Of a stretch of DNA of 64,000 bases, positions 1 through 13,265 are shown piece by piece; position 1 is the stretch's first letter; each line of letters begins with the position of its first letter. The position numbers were made by a program, and so were the translations under genes. The DNA is from Octopus vulgaris. Taxonomy: Eukaryota. The notes under the pieces were generated by a model that was not told the DNA's origin, did not search any database, and saw nothing but the letters and a program-made list of their open reading frames with translations. The stretch lies in assembly GCA_951406725.2 (NCBI GenBank), contig OX597815.1, positions 47,244,001-47,308,000 of the forward strand. Reading direction: 5' to 3'.

Positions 1-152
1 AAATTTACATTTATGCGATAATTTCATTAGAGGTAAAACGATGCAGCTTTGGATTTTTTATATTGGGGTATCAATTTGTTAACAATAAATAATTATTAGC
101 TTCCTTATCTCCATTCTTCTTTCTCTTCTTATATATATAGAGAGAGATATGT

Positions 153-437
153 GGAGGCACATGGCATAGTGATTAGAGCAGCGGATACGCGGTCGAAGGA
201 TCGTGGTTTGAATCTCAGACCGGGCGATTTGTGTCTTTATAAGTGAAAGATCTAAGCTCCACGCGGCTCCAACAGAAGGTAATGGGGAACTTCTCTCTTT
301 CGCCACGACTTACTCTCACTCTTTCCTCTTTCATCTAGCAGCTCACCCGAAATGGACCGGCGTTCCGTTCAGGTGGGGAACTTATACACCAATGAAACCG
401 GGAAGCCAGCCCTTATGAGGAGGAACAAACAACAACA
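153..437 (+). mobile_element. tRNA-derived SINE (family A)
   Basis: A-box-like TGGCATAGTGA and B-box-like GGTTTGAATCTC head, unique body, (AAC)n tail GAACAAACAACAACA. Confidence 0.65.
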
Positions 438-445
438 TATAGATC

Positions 446-474
446 TGTGGCTGTGTGGTAAGTAGCTTACTTAC
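446..474 (+). mobile_element. 5' piece of a CORE-type SINE (family B), interrupted by the 475-2541 insertion
   Basis: GTGGCTGTGTGGTAAGTAGCTT matches the heads of intact copies at 10200 and 61708; the SINE resumes at 2542. Confidence 0.8.
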
Positions 475-2541
475 TCAGAATGCAACACTAGTTGGTCTGG
501 ACTGTTACAGTGAGCAGATGTGAGTTTCGGCTCCGCGAATAGAAAAAAAGAACAAAAAGAAAAATTGTCAATTATGGCTCGCTATAGTGAGCAAAATACT
601 GGGTTCTCATCACCGTAACGGTGAATTGAGAATTATTTTTGAAAATTCTTCTTGTAAATTCTAGTGGGCGTATCTCGCCAGAAAAATAAGAATAAGCCAC
701 TTGGATTACCTTTTGAATTACCTTTTTGGAGTATTATAGAAAGGATTCCCTGTCTGTGCTATTTGTGAGGTGTTTCTTTTACTTTTCCCTTCTATTTTTT
801 CTTTCTTTCTAAGTTTTGGTTCATTCTTTTCATTACTTAAATTTCAGTTTCCTCCCCTCCTCTTTTATTATGTTTTATTTTTATTTGGCTTAATGTTTTG
901 GCAGACTGTCTTTTGAACTACTTTTGAACTGTTTTTTGACATGGCAGAGAAGGAACTTAAAAAGAAAAACTCTGTCTTAGAGTGGGAAATTAACCCGCCT
1001 AAGCAATGGTTAAAAGATATGGAGGAGAAGACGATGGTACTTAGAACGTATTCTAAAGTTCTTAATTCCATCACCGTCTGCCCAAAACAAGTCATAAATA
1101 ATGAACTTAAAGAACATTTGTCCACTGTAAAATATATATCCCGTGGTGTCAAACATGCAACCGTATGGTTGCTGTTTGACAACAGGGAAAAGGCTCGCCA
1201 GTTTGCGAGTCAGCCTTTAGAAGGCAAGGAAATTCTGTTTCTCCCGTCATACTGTGGAAGAAAATTAATACGAGGCTGAGTATGTGGGCTCCCCCCCGGG
1301 CACCGAAGCGGATTGGATTGAAGATACCATACGACGGGGACTGGGGGATGGCGGGCCCAGGCTCTTAAATGTAAGAGTATTGCCGGCGGTCGATTAGGAA
1401 GGGTCAAAAGCGATTTTGACCCTGTGGACCCCATCGGCCGCAACAGAACTGGTTTTTCCAGACTTCTTGAAAATGGCTGGCTGAAGGTATCCGGTGATAC
1501 TTGAGGGACATCCCCCAAATTGTCACTCGTGCCTGCAGCCAGGCCACATTAAAAGGAACTGCCCTCAGGACCATGGTAAGGTCCTGGAACAGTCACTAGA
1601 TTCCACCTCCCCTACCCGGTCAAAGGGAGAGGTGGATGTGGTCGAGGAGGCTTCAGCCTCCTCAACTCAAAAAGGATTAAAAAGGAAGAAGGCGGGCAAC
1701 AATAGTTGCCCGCCGAAGGAACCTAAGGCTTCGGAAGGCGGGGGAGAGTCTCCGGACAAAGCGGAAGAGCTCCACTCTCCCGAAGCCAGGAAGAAAAGAA
1801 AAAAAAAGAAAGAAGAACGGGTTATCTCAGCGGGGAGATGATGAGCCGACTGCATGCCCCGAAGTTGTGCCACCCACGGTGGAAGAAACCACCCCCACCC
1901 TTAAAGATGATCAATTAATTATCTTTTCTACAAGGGCGGGGAGGTGGAAAAGATTGTAGAAGAACATAAAGAAACAGTAGATATGCCCTTCACACGGGAT
2001 CCCGAATGGCCTCTGCAGATAGCTGTGGAGGTCATAAGGTTTCCCTTGTGGGAAAGGCTTAAAGTATTTGGGGAGGAGTGTCGCATATGGCCGGGTGGCC
2101 CTTACACGACTTACATGTCCTACATGAGTGAGGCATGGGAAATGGCGGGACACAGGAACTCAAGCGGCATTGAAGATAATGATGAATATATCGATGGATA
2201 TATCGAAGAGTAGGAGGTGAAAGATCCTCGTTCCTGGGTTTGAAACCTCACTTATTGGATTATTTTGTAGTGGTTTATAACCTCAATTGTGTGCTTTAAG
2301 AAATAAAAAAAAGAAAACATGTGAAGTAAGAGGTTTTAGTGCCTTCTCCTTGTAAGAGGTTCGAAACCTCATATTGATTTTAAAAAAAGAAAAAAAAGAA
2401 AATATGTTTTCGAAAAACATCCAATCGGCGGGTGTTGAATTTCGTCTCTCATTTATTCATTATATTTCATTTTCATTCATTAATGTATTTGTCCAGCCCG
2501 CAAAGCTCTTTGTACTGTCTATATGACAAATTTATGAAATA
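475..2541 (+). mobile_element. Non-autonomous L1/Tx1-like retrotransposon carrying only ORF1 (HAL1-like)
   Basis: About 465 bp 5'UTR, disrupted ORF1 with CCHC knuckle, about 330 bp 3'UTR ending in AATAAA, flanked by duplicated AAGTAGCTT(N)TAC at 460-474 and 2542-2554; no endonuclease or RT sequence. Confidence 0.75.
941..2213 (+). pseudogene. ORF1p/gag-like nucleic-acid-binding protein with frameshifts and stops
   Basis: ORFs 941-1279, 1494-1841 and 1944-2213 join across frameshifts; FPDFLKMAG*RYPVILEGHPPN-CHSCLQPGHIKRNC-P gives a CX2CX4HX4C knuckle at 1521-1562 in typical L1/Tx1 ORF1 context, followed by a Lys-rich region and an acidic tail. Confidence 0.75.
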
Positions 2542-2682
2542 AAGTAGCTTGTACCAACCACATGGTTCCGGGTTCAGTCCCACTGCGTGGCACCTTGGGC
2601 AAGTGTCTTCTACTATAGCCTCGGGCCGACCAAAGCCTTGTGAGTGGATTTGGTTGACGGAAACTGAAAGAAGCCTGTCATA

Positions 2683-2751
<69 letters not shown>

Positions 2752-2890
2752 GCGTGTGTGTGTTTGTGTGTCTGTGTTTGTCCCCCTAGCATTGCTTGAC
2801 AACCGATGCTGGTGTGTTTATGTCCCCGTTACTTAGCGGTTCGGCAAAAAGAGACCGATAGAATAAATACTGGGCTTACAAAAGAATAAG
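2542..2890 (+). mobile_element. Remainder of the family B SINE with internal (TA)n
   Basis: CATGGTTCCGGGTTCAGTCCCACTGCGTGGCACCTTGGGCAAGTG (B box plus CORE-like CCTTGGGCAAGT), near-identical to 10200 and 61708. Confidence 0.9.
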
Positions 2891-2924
2891 TATATATATC
2901 TACATATATATACATACATACATG

Positions 2925-2956
<32 letters not shown>

Positions 2957-3100
2957 CATACATATATATATATATACATATATACATACATATATGTATA
3001 TACATACATATATATATCGACATCTATATATATATATATGTATATATATACATACATAAATGCATATATATATATATATATAAATACATACATACATACA

Positions 3101-3142
<42 letters not shown>

Positions 3143-3763
3143 TACATAAAAAGAGACAGAAAGATATTCAGACACACAAATGCAAACGTAGACAGATATA
3201 GAGATAGATATGTAGATAAATTGATTAAGGAAGGAGAGATAAATAGGTAGAGAAAGAGGAAATGACAATTGTAAAAGAAATCTTAACCGAGGGATAGAGA
3301 AAGAATGATAGAGAGGGATAGACGGGGAGAAAGAGAAAGAACGAAAGAAGGAAAAAAGGAAAGAAAGAACAAAGGAAGAAAGAAGAAAGAAAGAGTGGAG
3401 TAAAAAGACAGAGAAAGTCAGACATGAAGAGAGGACTTGAGAGAGAGGCAAAGGGAATCAGAGAGTAAAAGAAAAGAAGATGAGTACATGGGAAAACAAT
3501 TATCAAAGCTAAATGGTTAAAAATATGCATCTGCAGCATGAGTATTGCCGGTCGGGGAGAGGTCTCAGGTGGTGGTTGAGAGCAGGTTTGGGCAGGGAGG
3601 GTATAAAGATGGAGTAACGAGGCAGGGTGGATAGACGAGTTATGCAGCTTGTAGATGAATGTTTCACAAACGTAGCAACATACCAACACATATATAAAAT
3701 TAAGTATGGTACATCCGTACATACATGCATACATACGTGTGTTTGTGTGTGTGTGTGTGCGTG

Positions 3764-3796
<33 letters not shown>

Positions 3797-4154
3797 TTAT
3801 GTATATATATATATGTATGTGTGTGTGTATGTTTATGTGTAAATATATATACATATACAGACATACTTGTGTAATACACGTGTAAATATAAATGATTATA
3901 TATGTGTGTGTGTATGTGTATATGTACGTGTATGAGAGTATATATATATATATATACGTTTATATAAATATGTGTATATAGACTTGCATATATGGTTGCA
4001 TGCATATACATTTTACTGAGAGATTACTACACACACGCACACACATACATATGTATTTATATACACATGCACAAATATATACATACGTCTAGTCTATGTG
4101 TGTGAGTATGTGTGAGTGTGTGGGCAACCCTATTGTATATTCTCAATATATTTG

Positions 4155-4186
<32 letters not shown>

Positions 4187-4475
4187 TCCCTCACTTACTT
4201 CCTTGATATAAGTGTATGCGAGAGTTCGTATGTGTGTATACACATGTGTGTGTGTGTGTGTGTGTGTTTGCGCGTGTTTACTTGTATTTACATGCGTACA
4301 AGACTGCGCGTAACGTTGTTCTTACACCCTCCTCACTTCTGTTTTCTAAACATAACAACATCCGTCTTGCAACGATGGTTTTCTGATGACTAAATCTTCT
4401 AGAATAACCCATAAGCGATTCATCACATACTGTTCCTGACCATAACCTCTCTTGCTTAGACTATAATCACCAACC

Positions 4476-4990
4476 GCCGCCACCAGCACCACCACCACCA
4501 CAACCACCACCACCACCACCACCACCACCACCACCACCACCACCACCACCACCACCACCACCACCACCACCACCACCACCACCACCACCACCACCACCAC
4601 CACCACCACCACCACCACCACCACCACCACTACGACTACCACTACTGCAATCATCGTCATCGTCTTCACCATTTACCGTATCATAATCATCGTTATCCTC
4701 ATCACCATCATCATCCTCATCATCATCGTCGTCCTTGTCATCATCGTCGTCGTCATCGTCCCCATCGTTATCATCATCATCATCATCATCATTGTCTTCA
4801 TTATCGTCGTCGCCGCCGCCGCCGTCGTCGTTCTAAACGTCATGATCATCATCACTCTCCACCTCCTCCAACCATATCATCATCGTTTTCGTCGGCATCA
4901 TCATCACCATCAACGTCGTCATCATAATTATCATCATCATCATCATAATCAGCATTACCATTCTCCTCATCCACCACTGCATCATCAACA
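4476..4990. repeat. (CAC)n microsatellite followed by degenerate (CAT/CGT)n
   Basis: Directly visible. Confidence 0.95.
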
Positions 4991-5221
4991 TTTTTTTTTA
5001 TAAACGTCTACTTCCTTTTTGCTCAGTCTCCCTGCCCTTCCACATCCTACTTTCACTCGCGTTTTTCCAGTCCCCTTTTCTTATGCTGTCTCTCTAACTA
5101 ACCCCCTTCCTGCTCACTGTCCAATACATCATCGCCAACATCGTCATTATTATCAACAGCACCACCAAATCCATCAACACCACCATCATTGGCAAAGAGG
5201 AAATACTGTCAAAATCAATGG

Positions 5222-5319
<98 letters not shown>

Positions 5320-5697
5320 TCTGCACATACAGACATATACATATGTACAGTGAGATGGGGGGGGAGACAGGCATTCAACGTGATGTGCTACAATGAGGGT
5401 TGGGTTGCTTGACTGGCTTATGCAGCACATTTTGAAGTTGTTTAAGCGCACACGTGTGTGTGTGAATATTGCTGGTGCTGATTGATTTTGCTAAGAGCAC
5501 CAGATTTGTGACTGCTGAAGAAATTCGGTGATCGTATTATCGTCTCAGAAATTTGAAGTACTGTATATGAGTTTCCATAACTTTATCATTTAATATAGTC
5601 CCCTATGTCCAATGATATTGAAGTCTATCTCGTTTGTCATCACACGTGGCTTCTATGTCTGTCTACTTCTGTTTCTCTCTCTCTCTCTTTCTCTCTC

Positions 5698-5735
<38 letters not shown>

Positions 5736-7000
5736 TAAGCAGATATAGCTATACGCGCGTGCACACGCCCGCACACACATACACACACGTACACGCATAC
5801 ACACACACACTCGCACAAACACATATATGTGCCCAATGAGATCTGTACAGAATATCATAGCTGAGAAATGTTTGATTTATTAAAATTTCCTTTCCAGGCA
5901 GAAAGTGTGAACAAAAGCCTATCTCTGATTGCTAAGACTGCGAATGAGAAAGGATGACAATTAAAATATGAAAATTTACGAGTAGTTCTCAGTCATTTGA
6001 CATGCTAAGAAAGGAAATAATTTTGTTTTATTCGCGTACGAAATACATGAAAACATTTGGCAAAAATTGACATTTGACAAAAGAAACTGAGTGTCCTATT
6101 CGATTTGGACAAGTTACATAATTAAAAAGAACAGGCGCTAAGAGAGAATAATTGAAAGAGGCGAGTGACAAGAATTTAAATAACAAAGCTATCGGGAAAA
6201 TCTACGGGATACAGTATATGCTAAATACTTAGTTTGTTTAAATTTCCTTCGCAGACAGTGGAGGTAGATTAAAACTGAATTCGTGTATGTGTGTCAGTGA
6301 CTCTGAATGGGAAGGGAAGACAATTTAAGAAATTAAGCATTACACGCTATTCTGTCAACTTTGCTATCCATATTCATAACATGATTCCTTCTGGATTATT
6401 CTAACACATCAACCTTTGGCAAGAAATGTTGCCAGCTCATTTTTGCATGTAATAAGATTTTACATCTGGTTCCGAGGCGAGAAGTATCATACTATGTCGA
6501 TTATCCTTATTGATATAGAAATATTTGTCCATATCTGCCACTTGCCTACGAAACAAACTTCAGGCTGCTTTACGCCTAGTTTATTCATTGAGAAAATCTT
6601 TATTTCATCAAGAATCGCTAACAATCACCACTAGGTTATAGTTTACTTTCTTAATAAATCGTGTACCTTTCTGTACACTCTGCCAAGTTTGTTCTTCAAA
6701 CTAATGGCTTTAGCACCGTATAAACACATGTGTGTGTTTGTGTGTATGTGTGTGCATGTGTATGCGTGCTTGTGTATGTATATATAATGGTCGTATATAA
6801 CCATATAACCATAAAATCTACACTCTCATGTGCATTCGAAATGTTTTTAAAAGATCAAAGCCTCTTGGCAAACATAAATGTTCACTTCAACATTAATTAT
6901 TGTGCTAAATAAATATTCTAGCTCCGCGTTTCTTTGGTACACTAAAGATTCGCTTATCAAGACTGGTACTCACCGACATGGAAAACTGTATATATACATA

Positions 7001-8503
7001 CTAGCTGATTTACCCGGTAATACCCGGAAAAACGGAAGCTATTTCCTGTTCCCGTTCCCATTACACTGTTTCATGTCCTATCCTGTTCCCTGGTTAGTTC
7101 CCGTTTAAATTACAAATAGATTTACAATTACACACTGACGTAGGATAGATTCACACATACTGGCAAGTAATACAGTTGAATTATAAAATTGAATGATTGT
7201 AATGGTAAGATAATATAAAAGTTGAATTGGTAGAAGGCTGGAAAGATGAGAGGATTCACGATGTTTGACTATGAAACAATTCATTGATGTTTGATTATTA
7301 TCAATTTTGCAGAGTCTCTTGATATACCACATTTTTGGTCTTGCCTCTGGATGATTTGGACTGCCGACTCTTGGCTATCCTACATATAGTTGGCCATGGT
7401 AAAGAACAGATCCAGAGGCCTATCTATTGGGGAAGACATGGTCTGACATGGAATAAACAGAAATTTATATAAGACAGTCTATTGTAAAGATTACCCGGCA
7501 ACATCGGGCTATTCATTGTTACAGTACGTTGGTAAAGTTCTAATAAATCTTAATACGATGGCTTGAGAACAAATATAAAAACATTTTACCTTTCACTTAT
7601 TATTTTCACATCTGTTGTTGATGTTGTAAAAGTTTTTACGGAGCATACGATAGTTAACTTACTAAGACGTATGCGTTAACTGATAGGTAAAAATTCAGTA
7701 AACACATTCTCTCTCTACCCCGCTCTGTCCCTGCCACTCTCTGTCTTTCACATTCCCTGTCTCTTTGTCTCTTCCTTTCTCATCCCCTTCCTTGATGTCA
7801 GCCACTCTCAATATGAAAAATTGCACAAATCTGTCCTGATCAAGTGGCTTATCTGTCGGGGAAGGCACGGTCTGATATGGAATAAGCAACAATTTATATA
7901 AGACATTCTATTGTAAAAATTGCCCGACAACAACAGGCTATTCATCTATGGAAGCAGATGAAAGATATTATCTGTAGTTTTATTGTTTCAACACGTTGGT
8001 AAAGTTTTAATAAATCTTAATACGGTGATCTGGAAACAAATATAAAAACACTTTACATTTCACTTGTTAGTTTTACATCTGTTGTTGGAGATAATGTAAA
8101 AATTTTGACTGAGCAAACGATAGTCAATTCACTAAAGCGTATACGTTAACTAATAGGTAAAAATTCAGTAAACACATTCTCACTCTCTCCCGCTTTGTCC
8201 CCGTCTCTCGCTGTCTCTTACATTCCGTCTCTCTTTCTCTTCCTGTCTCTTCCCCTCCCCTTATATCAGTCACCTTCTTTATGCCACCACATTTCCCTAA
8301 AACTAACACTTTTGCACCCTTCTCATTTTATCATATAATAACCCAACCTCCGTAGGGGGCCCATTAGCGATTTTTATAGAAATCCAATTAGCCTATAATT
8401 GAACTGGTTGTTTGTTTAATATGTATGCAAACTTCCGCGGAAATTGGTTCGCTAGTTTAGGCAATAATATGGTAACAAACACAGAAATTGCCATTCATAT
8501 ATA

Positions 8504-8506
<3 letters not shown>
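7001..8506 (-). mobile_element. Non-autonomous Helitron-like element with internal tandem duplication
   Basis: Minus strand reads A|TC(8506)...small GC hairpin CCGG..CCGG...CTAG(7001)|T; two diverged ~430-bp units at about 7410-7840 and 7840-8280; 3' end resembles 45970-45998. Confidence 0.7.
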
Positions 8507-8590
<84 letters not shown>

Positions 8591-8592
8591 AT

Positions 8593-10170
8593 CGGGTGCG
8601 CCGTAAAGTATTTCCAATTGATTTTTTGTTATAATTTTTAGTAAAGGACATAAAGACACACCATTTCTTTAGACATTGATTAAATATAGTAATCTAAGAT
8701 ACGTTTCATTCATTGAAGTCCGCCTTTAGCTTCCACAATCGCCCGAAGACAGCCGAGAACAGAGTCACACGAACGCCGGAAGACTTTCTCTTAAATAATC
8801 CAAGACGCGACTATGGCTTTTTTTCAGAGCGGTGATTTTTTATAGGAAACTCTTGAAATAGCGAAGTCCATAGGATGACGCCTAGGCTGGAGTGGGGACT
8901 ACACATTCCTGTCCCAGAACCCGCTGAAATGTCTCCGTCACCACTACTGTATCACATTGGACGTATAAGAAGGGGCCCCGTCTTGCGTGAACACGTGTTT
9001 CCAAATGTTTTGGTCACCCATGATAAAACATTATCCTCCAACATTTTCAGGTAAATTGCTGAATTGACCTTCTTAAATGAACACCAGAGATTTTACACCA
9101 TCGGATGACACTGCCGCCCAAACCATCACTCCGGCGGTCTTTATTCGACGAAACACCTTGCAGGTGCCTTCAGAAACAGCATCCGATCTCGTGGCCAAAA
9201 TCCTGTCACTCTAGGTGTTCGCAACAGCCTCCACAGCAAATATGTTTTCGTCCAACTAAATGAAAATATTGTCACCGGCGCTCTGAATTTCATTGGCCAT
9301 TTTCTTGCACCTGTCTAATTTGGAAGCGGCCGAAATTAGGTGTTGACGCTGCAATTTTAATGACATACAATTTCATGCACGACAGTCACATGGTTATCAG
9401 AGAGATATCGAAACTTTTAACCATTGCCTCATGCTCCACTGTGGATTTCGTGACACGCTCCTTCGGACGACATTCACAATTCTTTCGTCCTGCCGAATCG
9501 TTTTCGACCAGGAATAGTCTTGCTATCGATTAAACCTGTCTTATTGAAACATTTTTTATTTTGCTGGTTTTTACCCGACACTATATTGGTTGTACGTTTT
9601 GAACACAATATTTTCAATACCAAATTTCAGTTTTCCTTCTGCAAATCTTAGTGCATTTTGCAAAATACTGGCCAGGCAATTTGCAGGAGTATTTTTTTAC
9701 TGGGTCATTTTCAGTTTTGAAGAACATGATTGTGGTACCTTAGCTTACACTTGCATTGTCAGAAATGTGTACAGGTACTTTATTCAATTTCAAACCTGGC
9801 ATCGCTATTTTGGTTATTAGCTGATTTCTTATTTCCTCTCATGATTCCACCTTGAAAGCGTCAGTTACTACTGAAAAGCAGCAAATTTAATTCTTTGGCT
9901 TTTGACATTTGAATATATCCACAGAGTTTTGGCTTTAGTTTTCTGATATTACACATGAAAAGTTATTTAGAATATGTTTATCATTCGGCAGAATTTGACG
10001 CAACTTGACCCGTACTTGGATTTTTGTGCCTCCTTTACCGCTGTCCGTGGGACGCTGGTGTCCTTAATTTTGGGTCTCTACTCTTAAACTACAACTCTTT
10101 GCAAGTGCTATGGTATTTTTCAAGTAATTAAGTTGGAACAAATTACTTGTACAATGCGAATTTTGAAAAG
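8593..10170 (-). mobile_element. Decayed Tc1/mariner-superfamily transposon (DD37D/maT type)
   Basis: Lies between (TA)n tracts; left end TA|TCGGGTGCGCCG is TIR-like; transposase remnants on minus. Right boundary uncertain. Confidence 0.65.
8690..9710 (-). pseudogene. DD37D transposase pseudogene
   Basis: Minus translation gives LDENIFAVEAVAN, VFTQDGAPSYTSN, HFSGFWDRNV and PMDFAIS, with about 37 residues between the second and third D; many stops. Confidence 0.75.
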
Positions 10171-10199
10171 TTATATATATATATATATATATATATATA

Positions 10200-10567
10200 G
10201 GCGCAGTAGTGGCTGTATGGTAAGTAGCTTGTTTACCAGCCACATGGTTCCGGGTTCAGTCCCACTGCGTGGCACCTTGGGCAAGTGTATTCTACTATAG
10301 CCTCGGGCCGACCAAAGCCTTGTGAGTGGATTTGGTAGACGGAAACTGAAAGAAGCCCGTCGTATATATGTGTATATATATATGCGTGTGTGTATTTGTG
10401 TGTGTGTATTTGTCCCCCTAGCATTGCTTAGCGGTTCGGCAAAAGAGACCGATAGAATAAGTACTGGGCTTACAAAGGAATAAGTCCCGGGGTCGAGTTG
10501 CTCGATTAAAGGCGGTGCTCCAGCATGGCCCCAGTCAAATGACTGAAACAAGTAAAAGAGTAAAAGA
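10200..10567 (+). mobile_element. Family B CORE-type SINE, near full length
   Basis: GGCGCAG head through GACTGAAACAAGTAAAAGAG tail. Confidence 0.9.
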
Positions 10568-10610
10568 TATATATATATATATATGTGTGTGTGTGCGTGT
10601 GTGTGTGTGC

Positions 10611-10641
<31 letters not shown>

Positions 10642-10770
10642 TGCGTGTGTGTGTGTGTGCGCGCGCTCTCATATGGGTGTGCGTGTGCATATATATGCTT
10701 TTCTATCTGTAGATATACATGTATAACATACATACGTATATTTAATTATGTAAGGAAATATAGACGACTT

Positions 10771-10809
<39 letters not shown>

Positions 10810-10811
10810 GC

Positions 10812-10842
<31 letters not shown>

Positions 10843-10843
10843 T

Positions 10844-10892
<49 letters not shown>

Positions 10893-11606
10893 GTGTATGT
10901 GTGTGTGTGTATGTATATATGTATGCATGTGTGTCTGTATGTATTTATTAGAGAGGGCAAGAAAATGTCTGAAAATGTGATTAAAAAGAATATATTTAAA
11001 AAGAAAAACGGAACACCAAACAAAGCAATAAAAATGATAAGAGCACAAATCAATAGATTCATATATTAGTATAAAGAACATTCAAGTCCAGATAAGACAA
11101 CAGCAAAATAAATACATAAATAAATAAAAAAGAAAGAAATGAAAATAAAAAAAATAAAAGAAACAATAGAAAATCAGGCATCGCGAAATACTCGCACATA
11201 TACCAATACACTTGCATATACATAATACAGACAGTCATAAAATGCTACACAAACACACACCACAAACCCCCTTATATATATATTTATATATATATATATA
11301 TACACACACACACATGCATCCATATATATATATATATGCACACACACATACATCCATACATATATATATATAGACAGGGAGAGAGAGAGAGAGAGAGAGC
11401 GAAAGAGTGCGTGAGAGAGAGAGAGAAAGAGAGCGAGAGAGAGAGAGTGATTGATTGCGAGATAGCTAGATAGATACATACATAAATGAATACATAGAGA
11501 TATAGTTATTAACGTATATATCTATATTCACACATATATATATTATATATATCATATGTGTGTGTGTGTATCTATGTATACAAACACACAAACATACGTA
11601 AGAGTA

Positions 11607-11640
<34 letters not shown>

Positions 11641-12009
11641 TATTTCCTTTAACAATAACATCAATGGTTGGCATGAACGAACTTGTCTTAAGAATGTTCA
11701 GTAGCAGAGCAGAATTTTTACAAGGTCGGTTTGGCTTATTGACAACTAGGAGAAAAGCAATGAACAGAGAGGTAGAAATGAAATGTTGATTTTAAGCTGA
11801 GAGACATTCCTCAGCAACAGTCATATCAGGCACGACAAAGTTACGTTGCCATTTTTACTGATTTGGAGCAAATGTCGAAGTCGAGGCATAAATATCACGT
11901 TTCATTTAATCGAGTCTTTGTTTTCCATTGCCCACTGCTAACCTTAATCTATTCTGGTTGTTGTTGTTGTTGTTGTTGTTGTTGTTGCTACTGCTATTAT
12001 TATTTTTAT

Positions 12010-12200
12010 TGTTGTTTAACACCAGGCCAAATTCGAGCAAGTAAGACCTATGATTAAAATATCTCATAGTCGTAACACTATAACTTTTTCCATGAGAGAC
12101 ATTATCCAGTATGGCTGTTTTTTTCTAAGAGCGTGAGATTTGAGGGTGTGTTGGCTGTTATTTTTGATAGGACAAGTGAGGCCCTTAAAGGCTTTCTTAT
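12010..12200 (+). repeat. Old interspersed repeat family, unclassified
   Basis: Motif AGACCTATGAT(C)AAA...CCAGCCGTGAC recurs in degenerate form near 19760, 23680, 27870 and 62990. Confidence 0.45.
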
Positions 12201-12429
12201 TAGTTCGTTCCTTACTTTGCTCGTTTATGTTATCGCGTAGAAGTATAGAGACTTTTAGCATTTCAATCATTCAAATATACATATATATGAACATTTTGTG
12301 TATTTAGGTGTATGTGTGTGTGTATTTTTGTATGTGTACGTGTGTATATGCATGTATACATTAATCCATGTCAGATAAATAAAGATTACACAACCTAATC
12401 ATTGTTTCGTTCGATGAGTCGAATGTACG

Positions 12430-13265
12430 CATCAACAGATTTGGAAGAAATTAGAATAAGCAGAATAAACGACGTAGACCATTGTTTGCCGCCATTCGTG
12501 CATTAGAGGGTTCCACTTCACATTCCATAAGAAATTACCCTATTCTTTCTATTTTTTAAGACTGGCGAAAGATGTGGCGTTTCTGTGTCAGACATAGGTG
12601 TTAGTACTTAGTTTATTTTAATTCTTTACATGGAATAGTGCCGGTTTTCTCGTTCTCTCTTGAATTCCATATGGGTTTTAAAAGTGATGTATATTTTCAA
12701 GGTTGAGCGTTGATGAAGGTGGCTCTTTAAAGGGTGTTTGTTGATATGGAAATGGTCGGGGTATCAGCACAGCATATAATATTTTTTCTTAGGGAAGATT
12801 TTCTCTGTAAAGACACGCTTCTATGGTTTGAGGATCTCATGTCGGTTACCTTTTCTATGCATTTGTCATATTTTCCCCATATGGCGCTTATTGGCAATAG
12901 ACATGCTTTCTGTGCAGCTGTAGCGTATTTAGTTCTTTTTGTGAAATTGCTCCTGGAAAGAGGCACGGAAATTCTTCTCAAATTAAGCAAAGGTAATATT
13001 TTGTAGCATTGGCATTATTTTTACCAGTGTTGTTAGAGTGGCTAGCGTTTCTTAAAGAAACCCTAAGCGTTTCTTTACCTATTACTTTTATGGTGGTTCC
13101 TAGATGGTACTGGAAAGTAGTTTATTACAGTATATTGTTCATGTGATAATGTTTTGCTGTAGTATACTGCAGTCTTATTGAAGGTCGCTTCGTTCGATGA
13201 TAATTCAACTATCCCTATGTTACATATTGGAACATGTGCGGTAGCGTTCGACGGGTGGTTGAATT
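12430..13265 (-). pseudogene. Heavily decayed PLE fragment (RT thumb, linker, GIY-YIG)
   Basis: Minus translation [26 protein letters not shown] and IRYSCTESM resemble the PLE motifs SNHP..LSSNEE.FN.A.PYY and SYSC..N. Confidence 0.6.

Noticed and set aside
3595-3640. TATAAA in a G-rich island, possible core promoter
   Set aside because: A single hexamer with no supporting downstream exon.
4375-4443. C/D-box snoRNA-like pattern (TGATGA...CTGA with ATGG/CCAT ends)
   Set aside because: The C box lacks the preceding purine, stem spacing is off, and the putative guide CATCACATACTGTT matches the 18S-complementary CATCACAGACCTGTT only with a mismatch and a gap.
5512-5565. CTGAAGA followed by AATT..AATTT-GAAG
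   Set aside because: No GAAA, stem III or stem I; likely a chance match.
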